Shown here piece after piece: positions 55,698 to 64,000 of a stretch of 64,000 bases of DNA (position 1 is the first letter of the stretch; the number at the start of each line of letters is the position of its first letter). This DNA comes from a bacterium (GTDB taxonomy: Bacteria > Patescibacteriota > Patescibacteriia > JACPHY01), in assembly GCA_030646955.1 (NCBI GenBank), contig JAUSKM010000015.1, positions 285 to 64,284 of the forward strand, in the 5' to 3' direction. Under the pieces are notes generated by a model. The model saw nothing but the letters and a program-made list of their open reading frames with translations. It was not told the DNA's origin and did no database searches. Both the position numbers and the translations under genes were made by a program.

Positions 55698-56600
55698 TCA
55701 CCGATGACCGAGGTACTCCGCAAGCGCCTGCTCCCATCCGCGCAAGGGTGGGAGCTTTGTCGTGCGGAGTACCGAGTGCGTGGGGCGTCTGGCAGCGCGC
55801 GGAAACTGCGACGCGGAGACGGGAACTAGCGTCCCACGCCACCCAGCGCACGTGAGCGCCTCCTGCGCAAAACGGTACCAGGTACACGCCCCGTCGTTCG
55901 TGCGATGATAGATGCCGCTCTCCGTAGTGCGCGCCACCAGATCCCGGGTTGCTTGCGCGAGGTCTGGCGCATACGTTGGCGATGCCCGCTCATCATCCAC
56001 CACTTCCAACCGATCGCTCGCCGCCGCTCGCTCGATAATCACGTCCACGAACGAACGCTTTCCGCCTGCCGACTGCGCCGCTGTACCAAAGAGCCGCGAG
56101 AGCCGGATGATGTGCCACTGCCATCCTGGATGCGCAGCCGCAACACGCTGCACCTCCTGCTCGCCCAGGAACTTTGACCGTCCATAGGCGGAGCAAGGAT
56201 CCGGTATCGCATCCTCGGCATATCCCGCTCCTATCCCCCCTCCCGCTGGGAGGGGGGGAAGGGGGGGGAGGTCCTGCAGCGCTCCAAACACATAATCCGT
56301 CGAATAGTGCACGAACGCCGCTCCAACAGCAGCGGCTGCATCTGCCAAATGCCCAACCGCGTATCCGTTCACCGCATCGGCAACGGCTTGCTCCTCCTCT
56401 GCGCGGTCCACCGCATTATACGCCGCCGCGTTGATGAGGATCTCCGGTGCAGCCGCCGCGATACGCGCCCGCACCTGCACCGCATTGGTGATGTCGAGAT
56501 TACTGCGATCCCACGCGATCACCTCGCAATCAGAAAACGCTCGGACGAGTGCGTGTCCGAGCATCCCCCTTGCACCCACAATGCAGACGCGCATACTCAT
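55698..56600 (-). CDS. rfbD: dTDP-4-dehydrorhamnose reductase
   Basis: MRVCIVGARGMLGHAL...HYSTDYVF...YGRSK(F)LGE. Contains a GC-hairpin insertion (LPPLPPLPAGGGIG). Confidence 0.85.
   Translation of the reverse strand: MSMRVCIVGARGMLGHALVRAFSDCEVIAWDRSNLDITNAVQVRARIAAAAPEILINAAAYNAVDRAEEEQAVADAVNGYAVGHLADAAAAVGAAFVHYSTDYVFGALQDLPPLPPLPAGGGIGAGYAEDAIPDPCSAYGRSKFLGEQEVQRVAAAHPGWQWHIIRLSRLFGTAAQSAGGKRSFVDVIIERAAASDRLEVVDDERASPTYAPDLAQATRDLVARTTESGIYHRTNDGACTWYRFAQEALTCAGWRGTLVPVSASQFPRAARRPTHSVLRTTKLPPLRGWEQALAEYLGHR
56233..56272. repeat. GC-rich hairpin inserted in-frame in rfbD
   Basis: tatcccccctcccgctgggagggggggaagggggggg. It adds about 14 aa relative to the RmlD alignment (E. coli PGTGDIPWQETDATSPLNVYG). 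Confidence 0.55.
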
Positions 56601-57355
56601 CGCTGCACTGGCGCACTTACGCCGAACGCGCCGGCGGCATGAAGCTCCGCCACGCGCTGATTTGCGCGTAGGAGCTCATCATGCGAAGTGCCCGCATCAA
56701 TCCAGAACCCCGGAAGTTCCACGGCCTCCAGGATCCCCTGCTGGACGTACCACATATTGAGATCGGTCACCTCTAATTCGCCGCGGCCCGACGGCACCAG
56801 CGAGTGGATGGCCTGGAACACCTGCGGATCGTAACAGTAGATACCCGTCTGCGCGAAGTGTGACTTCGGGTGCTGCGGTTTCTCCTCGATCGAACGGACG
56901 TTGCCGCGTTCATCAAACTCCACGACGCCGCACTGACGCGGATCCTCCACGCGCGTCACGAAGATCAACGCGCCACGCTCGCGCGCCATGAATCGCTGGA
57001 GATACGGTCGGAGATCTGCAGTAAAAATATTGTCGCCGAGGAGCATCATGATGTGCTCGCCCCCCGCGAATCGCTCCGCGAGCGCCATCGCCTGCGCAAT
57101 TCCGCCGGCCTCTTCCTGGATCTCGTACTGTAACCGTAACCCAAACTGCGCGCCCGACCGCAGGAGGTTGAGGAAGCTCCCCGCGTGCTCTGGCCCCGTG
57201 ATGAGCAGCACGTCCTCAATCCCCGCAGTCGCCATGGCCTGCAGCGGATAGTAAATCATGGGCCGATCGTAAATCGGCAGGAGGTGCTTATTGGTGACGT
57301 ACGTCAACGGCCGCAGCCGCGTCGCCCGCCCACCGGCAAGGATGACACCACGCAT
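56597..57355 (-). CDS. rfbA: Glucose-1-phosphate thymidylyltransferase
   Basis: MRGVILAGGRATRLRPLTYVTNKHLLPIYDRPMIYYPL.... Confidence 0.9.
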   Translation of the reverse strand: MRGVILAGGRATRLRPLTYVTNKHLLPIYDRPMIYYPLQAMATAGIEDVLLITGPEHAGSFLNLLRSGAQFGLRLQYEIQEEAGGIAQAMALAERFAGGEHIMMLLGDNIFTADLRPYLQRFMARERGALIFVTRVEDPRQCGVVEFDERGNVRSIEEKPQHPKSHFAQTGIYCYDPQVFQAIHSLVPSGRGELEVTDLNMWYVQQGILEAVELPGFWIDAGTSHDELLRANQRVAELHAAGAFGVSAPVQR

Positions 57356-57392
57356 AGAAAGATACCGTAGCACGCCCGGGCGCGCGACCCAA

Positions 57393-58220
57393 TCATCGCC
57401 GCAGTGCCCACTTCACCTGGTACTGCACGAGGGACTTCAGGTGCGTGCGGGTGAGCGGATTCTGCACGAGGGATTTAAGACCGGGCACCTGTGCCGAAGA
57501 GCGCTCGTGACCATGCTCTACGATAATGTCGCCCTTGTAGTACACCGGCCACCCGCGCGCCCAGAATGTCCGGCAGAGGTCGCAGTCCTCAAAATACATG
57601 AAGTACCGCTCGTCAAATCCACCGATCTCGCGCAGGTAACTCCCGCGGATGAACTGGGCCGCAGACACTGCCCAATCAATCGGCCGCGTCTGCGCGTGAT
57701 CCATGTCATCCATGTGAATACGGTCCACACGCCGGCGCGCCCAACGGTACTTGCGGTGGAGATCCAGTCGGTGGATCGGCTGATCAAGGAACGCAGGGAA
57801 CCGCATGCACGAGGGCTGCGTTGCTCCGCTGGGCAGCTGCAGGCGCGGTGCTGCCATCCCTATCTCCGGATTCGTTTCCATGTAGGCATGGAGCCGCTGC
57901 ACGACTTGCGGATGATCAGGAAGAAACACGATATCCGGATTCACGAGGAAGTAGTACCGCGCAGCAATCTGCCGGAGCGCGATGTTATTGCCGGATCCAA
58001 ATCCACGGTTCGACGGCGCTGCAATGACGATCGGCTCCGGCTGATAGCCATGAAACTCCCGCGCGATCGCGTCCGCGATACCGTCGCCGGACGCATTGTC
58101 CACAATGACCGGCTGCACCGCAAGCCCGCTCCCCGCGACATCACGATAGAGCGATCGCAGCATCGCGAGCACTTTCTCCTTCATCTGGTAGTTTACGGTC
58201 ACGGTGACGATGTCGTTCAT
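57393..58220 (-). CDS. Glycosyltransferase family 2
   Basis: VTVNYQ...VIVDNASGDG...DxD-containing GT-A fold. Confidence 0.7.
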   Translation of the reverse strand: MNDIVTVTVNYQMKEKVLAMLRSLYRDVAGSGLAVQPVIVDNASGDGIADAIAREFHGYQPEPIVIAAPSNRGFGSGNNIALRQIAARYYFLVNPDIVFLPDHPQVVQRLHAYMETNPEIGMAAPRLQLPSGATQPSCMRFPAFLDQPIHRLDLHRKYRWARRRVDRIHMDDMDHAQTRPIDWAVSAAQFIRGSYLREIGGFDERYFMYFEDCDLCRTFWARGWPVYYKGDIIVEHGHERSSAQVPGLKSLVQNPLTRTHLKSLVQYQVKWALRR

Positions 58221-58233
58221 ATCTTGAGCACGC

Positions 58234-59232
58234 TCACGCTGCCGTCTTCACAAACCACTGCCGCACCTCCTCCGGTGGTACGCGATAGCGCGCCATGACC
58301 TCCTTGCGGCGCTGGACCATTGCGGGCGCAAGCCGCCAGAGATCCACGAGGCCGCGGAGCGTCCCCCACTCCGCGAGCAGAAGGTACGCGAGTTTTTTCC
58401 CCTCGTACCAGAGCAGGGGCGCACTATCCACCCGCAGCGTCTTCCCGTGCTCATTCTTCAGGAGCATGAGGAGATGATTACGGTACGAGCAGCGCCGCTC
58501 AAACGCGCTGCGGCTTCCCCGCCGCCGGTGCGCAGCGGCCGTCCGATCATGCCATGCGCGCGCCGCGGGAACGAGGTGCGCCTTCCATCCTGCGCTCCGC
58601 AGACGGTACGCAAGGTCCACGTCCTCCTTGTAGCTAAAAAACTGCTCATCAAAAATCTCATTGCCGTGTGCCACCGCACGCAGCGCCGCGCGACGGTACA
58701 TCGGCAACGCGCCGGACACGCCGAACACCTCGCTGAATGCGACGCTCCCGTACGCCTCGCCAACGCCAAGCTCCGTCACATTCCGCGACCGATCCACGCG
58801 CAACCCCATCGAATCTACCGTATCCGTGCGCACATCCCGCTGCACGTCCCACCGGCAGAGCGCACCCTGCACGGCAGCGGTGGTCGGATGCGTATCCAGG
58901 AATGCACGACACCGCGCAATGTAATCCGGTGCGAGTACCGTGTCCTGATTGAGAAGCTGTACGAATACGCTCTCGGACAACGCGAACGCCTGATTATGAC
59001 CGGCGGCAAACCCGCGATTTATTGCATTGCGCACCACACGCACCCGCTGTGATCCCGATGCACGAAACCGTGCGACGTCCTGCTCAAGTGCGGCGAACGC
59101 CTCATCCGTGGATCCATTATCCACGACAACAAAATCCCAATCCTTCGCGGTCTGCTTGCGCAGCGAGGCGAAGAGATGGGGGTAGTACATCGCGCCATTC
59201 CACGCTACGAGTTGGACGGTGAGCGTTGCCAT
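58234..59232 (-). CDS. Glycosyltransferase family 2
   Basis: TVQLVAWNGAMYYPHLFASLRKQTAKDWDFVVVDNGSTD.... Confidence 0.7.
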   Translation of the reverse strand: MATLTVQLVAWNGAMYYPHLFASLRKQTAKDWDFVVVDNGSTDEAFAALEQDVARFRASGSQRVRVVRNAINRGFAAGHNQAFALSESVFVQLLNQDTVLAPDYIARCRAFLDTHPTTAAVQGALCRWDVQRDVRTDTVDSMGLRVDRSRNVTELGVGEAYGSVAFSEVFGVSGALPMYRRAALRAVAHGNEIFDEQFFSYKEDVDLAYRLRSAGWKAHLVPAARAWHDRTAAAHRRRGSRSAFERRCSYRNHLLMLLKNEHGKTLRVDSAPLLWYEGKKLAYLLLAEWGTLRGLVDLWRLAPAMVQRRKEVMARYRVPPEEVRQWFVKTAA

Positions 59233-60071
59233 AGATCAGCGATACGCGTTGTGCCGATCGCAAACGGCCGCACGAACGCAAGAACCGCACGCTTCCACGG
59301 CGCATGGTGCTTTCCAAAGTACCGCACCATGCTCTGCGTGAATATCCGCTGTTTCGCGCTGCGTCGCACCTGCGCAAAGGATCGCCCCACGGCGTCCACG
59401 CAGGAGACGCGCGGCGTGTACGCGATCTCCCACCCCGCATCATGCGCGCGCTTACAGAAATCCACTTCCTCAAACCACAAGAAAAAATGATCATCAAGCA
59501 ACCCGATGTCGTCTATGACACGACGCCGGATGCAGAAGAAGGAACCGCGAAGAGAATCCACACGCGCCTCGCGTGCATAATCAAAATCCCGCACGAGATA
59601 CCGATCGAGCACGCGCGGAAACACATGCGGGACCTTCATGAGCAACGCCAGCTGGTCCGCGAGCTCTGGAAACCGCCGCACATGCGGCAACACTGCACCG
59701 TGCTCATCGAGCAGTCGGCACCCCGCAACGCCAACGCGCGCATTGCGTTCCTCCTGCATGAACGCGACCATGTCCGGCAACGCCCCCGGCAACACGCGCA
59801 TGTCCGGATTCAGCAACAGGACGAATGCCGCATCATGTGCAGCTGCAATCCCTTGATTGCACGCTGCTGCAAACCCCCGATTCGTATCGTTGCCAATGCA
59901 CCGGACCCGCGGGAAGGCATCACGAACCATCTCCGCGCTGCCGTCCGATGATGCGTTATCAACCACGACAACCTCGTGCGTGAGGTTGCCAGCGTGCGCC
60001 GCGATGGACTCCAGACACGTCCGCAGCCGCTCCCGCACGTTCCACGAGACGATGACGATGCACAGGTCCAT
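59205..60071 (-). CDS. Glycosyltransferase family 2
   Basis: MDLCIVIVSWNVRERLRTCLESIA...VVVVDNASSDGS. Start at MDLCIV. Confidence 0.7.
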   Translation of the reverse strand: MDLCIVIVSWNVRERLRTCLESIAAHAGNLTHEVVVVDNASSDGSAEMVRDAFPRVRCIGNDTNRGFAAACNQGIAAAHDAAFVLLLNPDMRVLPGALPDMVAFMQEERNARVGVAGCRLLDEHGAVLPHVRRFPELADQLALLMKVPHVFPRVLDRYLVRDFDYAREARVDSLRGSFFCIRRRVIDDIGLLDDHFFLWFEEVDFCKRAHDAGWEIAYTPRVSCVDAVGRSFAQVRRSAKQRIFTQSMVRYFGKHHAPWKRAVLAFVRPFAIGTTRIADLWQRSPSNS

Positions 60072-60160
60072 ACCGTCTCCATTCTCGCACACGAACGGCG
60101 CCAAAGCAACTCCTCAAAAAAGTAGGTTCTTCCGGCTTTCGTGTCGCCGAGTACGCTTCT

Positions 60161-60240
60161 TATCCTCCCCCTCCCCGCACGTACTCGTGGGGGGAGGGGG
60201 AGCGAGAGGGGGAGGGGTGGCTATGGATGGGCTGTGTGAT
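60161..60240. repeat. Composite GC-rich hairpin element, inverted copy of 45800-45878
   Basis: cttatcctccccctccccgcacgtactcgtggggggagggggagcgagagggggaggggtggctatggatgggctg. Confidence 0.65.
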
Positions 60241-60311
60241 CGTGCGATGCAGATGGGGCGACAACCGACAGGAAAGCCGGAAGAACCAAAAAAGTACGAC
60301 ATCGCGCCGCA

Positions 60312-60881
60312 TCACGCGTGAATCCCGTACTGCGCAACGCGCTCCGCGCAACCATGGACGGTCTGCCATGGCGTGCGCACCACATCCTCCAATTCGTGCG
60401 AAACCGATGCAGCCGCCAGCACGGAAACCGGAGCTTCCGTGAGCGGCCAAAACACATGATAGACACCCGTCGGCACGATGGCGCGCACCATATCAATATC
60501 TGCCAACACGTACACGGGATCCGGCACTGCATCACGCGGCCGATCCGCTCCTAGCACGCACGCATACTGATGCCCACGCGTGGGTGAGTCCTCTCGGAGA
60601 TCAGAAAAATACCACAACGCGCAGCCCGAGAGCGTAAAAAACCGCTCAAGATTATTCGTGTGGTGGTGCCCCGCGCGCGCGATGTGCTTCCCCATTGCGA
60701 TGGAAACGTAGAGGTTCCCCAACCCCGCACCCAAGATCGGATTCGCGCTCCCGTTACGGATAAGCTCCGCCAACATCCCACGACTATCCCCCACCACCTT
60801 CGTATGGTGCAATTCCAATCCCGCAATGGTCGTCGTCTCGACGCGAGCGTCGGCAATCACATTCGTATCGCTGTGCGTCAT
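60312..60881 (-). CDS. rfbC: dTDP-4-dehydrorhamnose 3,5-epimerase
   Basis: 189-aa cupin. ...LELHHTKVVGDSRGMLAEL...GKHIARAGHHHTN.... Confidence 0.8.
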   Translation of the reverse strand: MTHSDTNVIADARVETTTIAGLELHHTKVVGDSRGMLAELIRNGSANPILGAGLGNLYVSIAMGKHIARAGHHHTNNLERFFTLSGCALWYFSDLREDSPTRGHQYACVLGADRPRDAVPDPVYVLADIDMVRAIVPTGVYHVFWPLTEAPVSVLAAASVSHELEDVVRTPWQTVHGCAERVAQYGIHA

Positions 60882-60902
60882 ACCCCACGTATTGCTAGCA
60901 GC

Positions 60903-61925
60903 TTACCGCGGCAGGTGTGCGTTAATCTCCTCACTGCGTGTGCGGAGCTGCTCCACCCAAGCACGGTGCTCTTGATACCAGCGCACGGTGCGCTCGAGTC
61001 CTTCATGGAACCGATCGCGCGTGTACACCGGCTTCCACCCCAGCGCCTCGATCTTCGTGGCATCAATTGCGTACCGGCGATCGTGCCCCGGACGATCCTC
61101 GACAAACTGCATGAGCGATCGCGGTTTCCCAAGAATCTCAAGAATTGCGCCCACGACATCAAGATTGTTCCGCTCATTGTCCACGCCAATATTGTACACC
61201 GCCCCCGGAATCCCCGTACGGAGGAGCGTATCGAGCGCCGCGCAGTGATCCTCCACATGAATCCAGTCGCGCACGTTCTTACCATCGCCATAGATCGGCA
61301 CTGGCTGGCCAGCCATGGCGCGGAAAATCACAAACGGAATCAGCTTCTCTGGGAATTGGTACGGGCCGTAGTTATTGGAGCAGTGCGTCACGATCACCGG
61401 TGCCTTATGCGTCACGACGTAGGAACGACAGAGCAAATCACCGCCCGCTTTTGCCGCGGCGTACGGAACATTGGGTGCAAACGCGGTGTCCTCCGTGAAC
61501 CGTAATCCGTCATCCAATGCGAGCGTCCCGTACACCTCATCCGTCGAGACCTGTACGAACCGCTCGATGCCCTCCTGGCGAACCACATCAAGCAGGGTGC
61601 AGACGCCGAGGACGTTCGTGGTGACGAATGCCCGTGCACCAAGGTGAATGGAGCGATCCACATGCGTCTCTGCTGCAAAGTTGATGATGGTATTGATGTG
61701 GTGTTCCCGCACCGTCTGCAGCACCTGCGTCGCATCGGTGACGTCACCCCGCACGAACGCGTAACGCGGACCAAACTGCGCCTCAACATCCGCGAGGTTT
61801 TCAGGATTCGCTGCGTACGTCAACGCATCGAAGTTCACGATCGTCACATCCGCGTGCGCGTTGAGCACAGAGCGGATGAAATTCGAGCCGATGAATCCGG
61901 CGCCGCCGGTGACGAGCAGTCGCAT
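60903..61925 (-). CDS. rfbB: dTDP-glucose 4,6-dehydratase
   Basis: MRLLVTGGAGFIGSNF...YxxxK SDR extended family. Start at MRLLVTGG. Confidence 0.9.
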   Translation of the reverse strand: MRLLVTGGAGFIGSNFIRSVLNAHADVTIVNFDALTYAANPENLADVEAQFGPRYAFVRGDVTDATQVLQTVREHHINTIINFAAETHVDRSIHLGARAFVTTNVLGVCTLLDVVRQEGIERFVQVSTDEVYGTLALDDGLRFTEDTAFAPNVPYAAAKAGGDLLCRSYVVTHKAPVIVTHCSNNYGPYQFPEKLIPFVIFRAMAGQPVPIYGDGKNVRDWIHVEDHCAALDTLLRTGIPGAVYNIGVDNERNNLDVVGAILEILGKPRSLMQFVEDRPGHDRRYAIDATKIEALGWKPVYTRDRFHEGLERTVRWYQEHRAWVEQLRTRSEEINAHLPR

Positions 61926-61944
61926 ACGGGAAAACAACGGACGG

Positions 61945-62331
61945 TCATGAAATATCGTGACGCAACGCAAGCGCCAGCGATGCCACCGCAACCGTGGTGA
62001 GCAGTGCCATCACCGCACCCAGCGTGCCAAAACCAAGTTGCCACCACACCCATGCGCCGGCAGCAAGCGCCGCAACGATACCCCAACACACAACCATCCG
62101 GGACGGCACGGACGGCTGCGCGGACTTTGGTGCCAGCATAGCTACCCCAATGAGCGCGAGCAAGAACGCGTGCGGATTGACGACGCTGCGGACGAATCCC
62201 GGTTCAAGATCGTCCAACAACAGAAGGAGCGGGTAGAGCACGAGCAACACCGGCAGCGCCTCGCCCGCGAGGAAGTGAACGAACTGCAGCGACGAGTGAC
62301 GCATACGGTGACGCATCATCATAGACACCAT
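61945..62331 (-). CDS. Small hypothetical membrane protein
   Basis: 128 aa with three hydrophobic helices. Confidence 0.4.
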   Translation of the reverse strand: MVSMMMRHRMRHSSLQFVHFLAGEALPVLLVLYPLLLLLDDLEPGFVRSVVNPHAFLLALIGVAMLAPKSAQPSVPSRMVVCWGIVAALAAGAWVWWQLGFGTLGAVMALLTTVAVASLALALRHDIS

Positions 62332-62918
62332 GGACCCAGACAGAAGGGGTCACGTTCGGCAGTCACCGAGAGAGCACGGATGCGAATCGGACGCGCCGGA
62401 GACACCCCCGGCGCGGAAAAAATGACCCGATACACGTTCCGCTCCACCTGCCAGGCACGCTGGAGCGTGAATGGAATCTGGACCACACCAACCTCGCCAG
62501 GCAACCCGGCGCGCACGACATCCGGATGCTGCACGAGTACGGCATCACCAACAACGCCCCCATCCACGGTCTTCACATCAAACTCCCACCGCTCCGGATG
62601 CGTCCGCACGCCCACGCGGAATGGCACCTGGTGCTCATTATCGTACCGTAGCGTCACCGTGATGCGACGGAACCACCGCGGGAGCCGTAGGTTCACATAC
62701 ACCGGCTCGCCCACCAGGAACACCTCGGACTGCTCCGGCTGTCGCGCAACGCGCGGCGGCGGTCCAAATGCGGTCAGGTACGGCGTTGTGCGATTACGCA
62801 CCACGTCCGCCTCCACCGTCACCGTTCGGTCCAGCTGCACATCACGCAACGCGAGCACGACAAGGAGCGCTGCAGCAGCAGCCCAGAGCACCGCTCGAAG
62901 TACGCGCTGCTTCGTCAT
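62319..62918 (-). CDS. Hypothetical membrane-anchored protein
   Basis: N-terminal TM segment VLRAVLWAAAAALLVVLAL, then a soluble domain. Overlaps neighbours by 4 bp and 13 bp. Confidence 0.45.
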   Translation of the reverse strand: MTKQRVLRAVLWAAAAALLVVLALRDVQLDRTVTVEADVVRNRTTPYLTAFGPPPRVARQPEQSEVFLVGEPVYVNLRLPRWFRRITVTLRYDNEHQVPFRVGVRTHPERWEFDVKTVDGGVVGDAVLVQHPDVVRAGLPGEVGVVQIPFTLQRAWQVERNVYRVIFSAPGVSPARPIRIRALSVTAERDPFCLGPWCL

Positions 62919-64000
62919 AGCAATCCCATGCGATAGAGCTGTTCGCCGAACGGCATCGTTCCAACGGACGTGAACGCAAATCCGACAACTGCGGGCCTGC
63001 TTGGAGCGTACCAGTAGACAGGCGCCGTTTCCACAAGGACAGCAAGATGTCGCAGGAAGTCCGCGTCGGGTTCCTCTGAAACAAAGACGACTGCGCGTTC
63101 CGGGAAGAACGTCTTGTCCATACGGTGCGAGACGATGATCGCATCGTCGGGCGTTTCCGCAATGACCGCGCGGGCGCGTGTGCGGTGCTCAACGATCCCC
63201 CGACGCTGCTGGGCAAGCCCTTCGGTTGTACCAGTGACGATCTGCTGACTGCTCACGAGCGCGATGCCGAGCACCAGGAGCATCGCAATGATCTGCCGGA
63301 GGCGCCCGACGCGCGACACGATCCGCAAAAACCCTGTCGCCGCCCATGGCGCAAGAAGGAACACCATCGGCAGCCAGTACCGTGCGTACGAAATCGTGAA
63401 CACATTTGTTGCTCGCACCAATGGATCCGCAAGCGTCCAGGATCCGTAGAACACCATAAGCCACGCTGACAATAGAACGGTGATCATTCCTTCCCGCTTG
63501 CAGCTTGCGGCTTGCAGCTTGCGGCTTGCAGTGAACAATCCAACAATCGCAAGCGCCATGAACCACCAATACGGCACCACCATGTACTGCCAGAAGCGCT
63601 GGAGCGACGCGACAATATCCACGCCGAACGGAAAGAGGAACGCACGAATCATGCCGCCCGATCCCGCAAACTCTGTCGGCGGCGCACCGCCTGCATGCAG
63701 GAGTGCATAGCCGGTGGTGAACGGGGATCCGTACAGTTGTGCATTGAGGATGAGAATCGGAATGAACGGCAGCACAAGGCCAACAACAGCGGCAACACCC
63801 TGCGCCACTGTTGCGCGCTGCCGCCATGCGATGGCGCCTGCGAGCGTCAAGACCCAGAGTGCCTCATGCGTGCGGAACGTCAGTGCAAAGCCGATCAGAA
63901 GTCCGCCGCACAACCACCACGCCACATGCCCCCGTTTGTGCAATACGGCAGCCAATCCCATGAGGAGCAGCGCCAGGAATGGAATATTCGGCAGGAACGC
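62915..64000 (-). CDS. Partial CDS (C-terminal part; 5' end beyond window end): GT39/ArnT-like membrane glycosyltransferase
   Basis: Polytopic membrane protein. The reading frame continues stop-free to position 64000. Contains a 7-bp tandem repeat at 63496-63531. Confidence 0.5.
   Translation of the reverse strand, partial: AFLPNIPFLALLLMGLAAVLHKRGHVAWWLCGGLLIGFALTFRTHEALWVLTLAGAIAWRQRATVAQGVAAVVGLVLPFIPILILNAQLYGSPFTTGYALLHAGGAPPTEFAGSGGMIRAFLFPFGVDIVASLQRFWQYMVVPYWWFMALAIVGLFTASRKLQAASCKREGMITVLLSAWLMVFYGSWTLADPLVRATNVFTISYARYWLPMVFLLAPWAATGFLRIVSRVGRLRQIIAMLLVLGIALVSSQQIVTGTTEGLAQQRRGIVEHRTRARAVIAETPDDAIIVSHRMDKTFFPERAVVFVSEEPDADFLRHLAVLVETAPVYWYAPSRPAVVGFAFTSVGTMPFGEQLYRMGLL
63496..63531. 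repeat. Tandem repeat, about 5 x 7-bp GCTTGCR (or 2.5 x 14 bp) inside the GT39-like coding region
   Basis: gcttgcagcttgcggcttgcagcttgcggcttgcag. Translated in-frame as TASRKLQAASCKREG. Confidence 0.7.

Noticed and set aside
1-64000. CRISPR arrays, rRNA genes, integrase/transposase genes
   Set aside because: No regularly spaced direct repeats with unique spacers. No rRNA-like conserved stretches. No recognisable integrase or transposase catalytic motifs were seen in any frame.

Overview
This is a high-GC (roughly 65%), gene-dense bacterial chromosomal segment. Almost all genes are on the minus strand, with short or overlapping gene junctions. Overall the segment reads as a conserved core with two interleaved repeat families, one accessory island and a candidate alarmone/nucleotide module.

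Core content, in order along the window:
- a partial secreted protein running off the window start, then rnhA, recJ, lepA, murJ and hpf
- a lower-GC accessory island (about 7.8-14.1 kb) bounded by tRNA-Gln, holding a DoxX protein, a TraB/GumN-like gene flanked by a duplicated DoxX 5' end, VOC/PhnB-like genes (one interrupted by an in-frame TAG), a Cys/Asp-rich 'DNDCDG' repeat secreted protein, a C39-like papain-fold peptidase and a 3-TM protein
- dnaX, a hypothetical protein, a TPR protein, a type IV coupling protein (VirD4/TraG/TraD)-like ATPase, cysS and a secreted beta-helix protein
- dnaJ, then the hrcA-grpE-dnaK operon with a CIRCE operator
- a PRTase-LOG/SLOG fusion and a SpoT-like HD-CofE-like fusion
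- tRNA-Glu, murF, ftsI, and a 1666-aa surface giant (BNR/Asp-box, Ig/FN3-like and CarboxypepD_reg-like domains) co-directional with ftsI-murF
- tRNA-Lys, murG, an AlkD-like gene, ftsW, mraY, rpmA, pyrG, rplI, ctpA and murA
- a divergent PEGA/beta-propeller gene
- a dTDP-rhamnose cluster (rfbB, rfbC, rfbA, rfbD plus three GT2 genes) and a truncated GT39-like gene at the window end

Two dispersed repeat families pervade the window:
- GC-rich hairpins of the form CCCCTCCCC...GGGGAGGGG, several inserted in-frame into conserved genes (lepA, dnaX, cysS, rfbD)
- nested-palindrome MITE-like elements with a GTCATTGCGAG/CTCGCAATGAC core

No rRNA genes or CRISPR arrays were seen. All calls are from reading the sequence and the six-frame ORF translations by eye; no searches were run.
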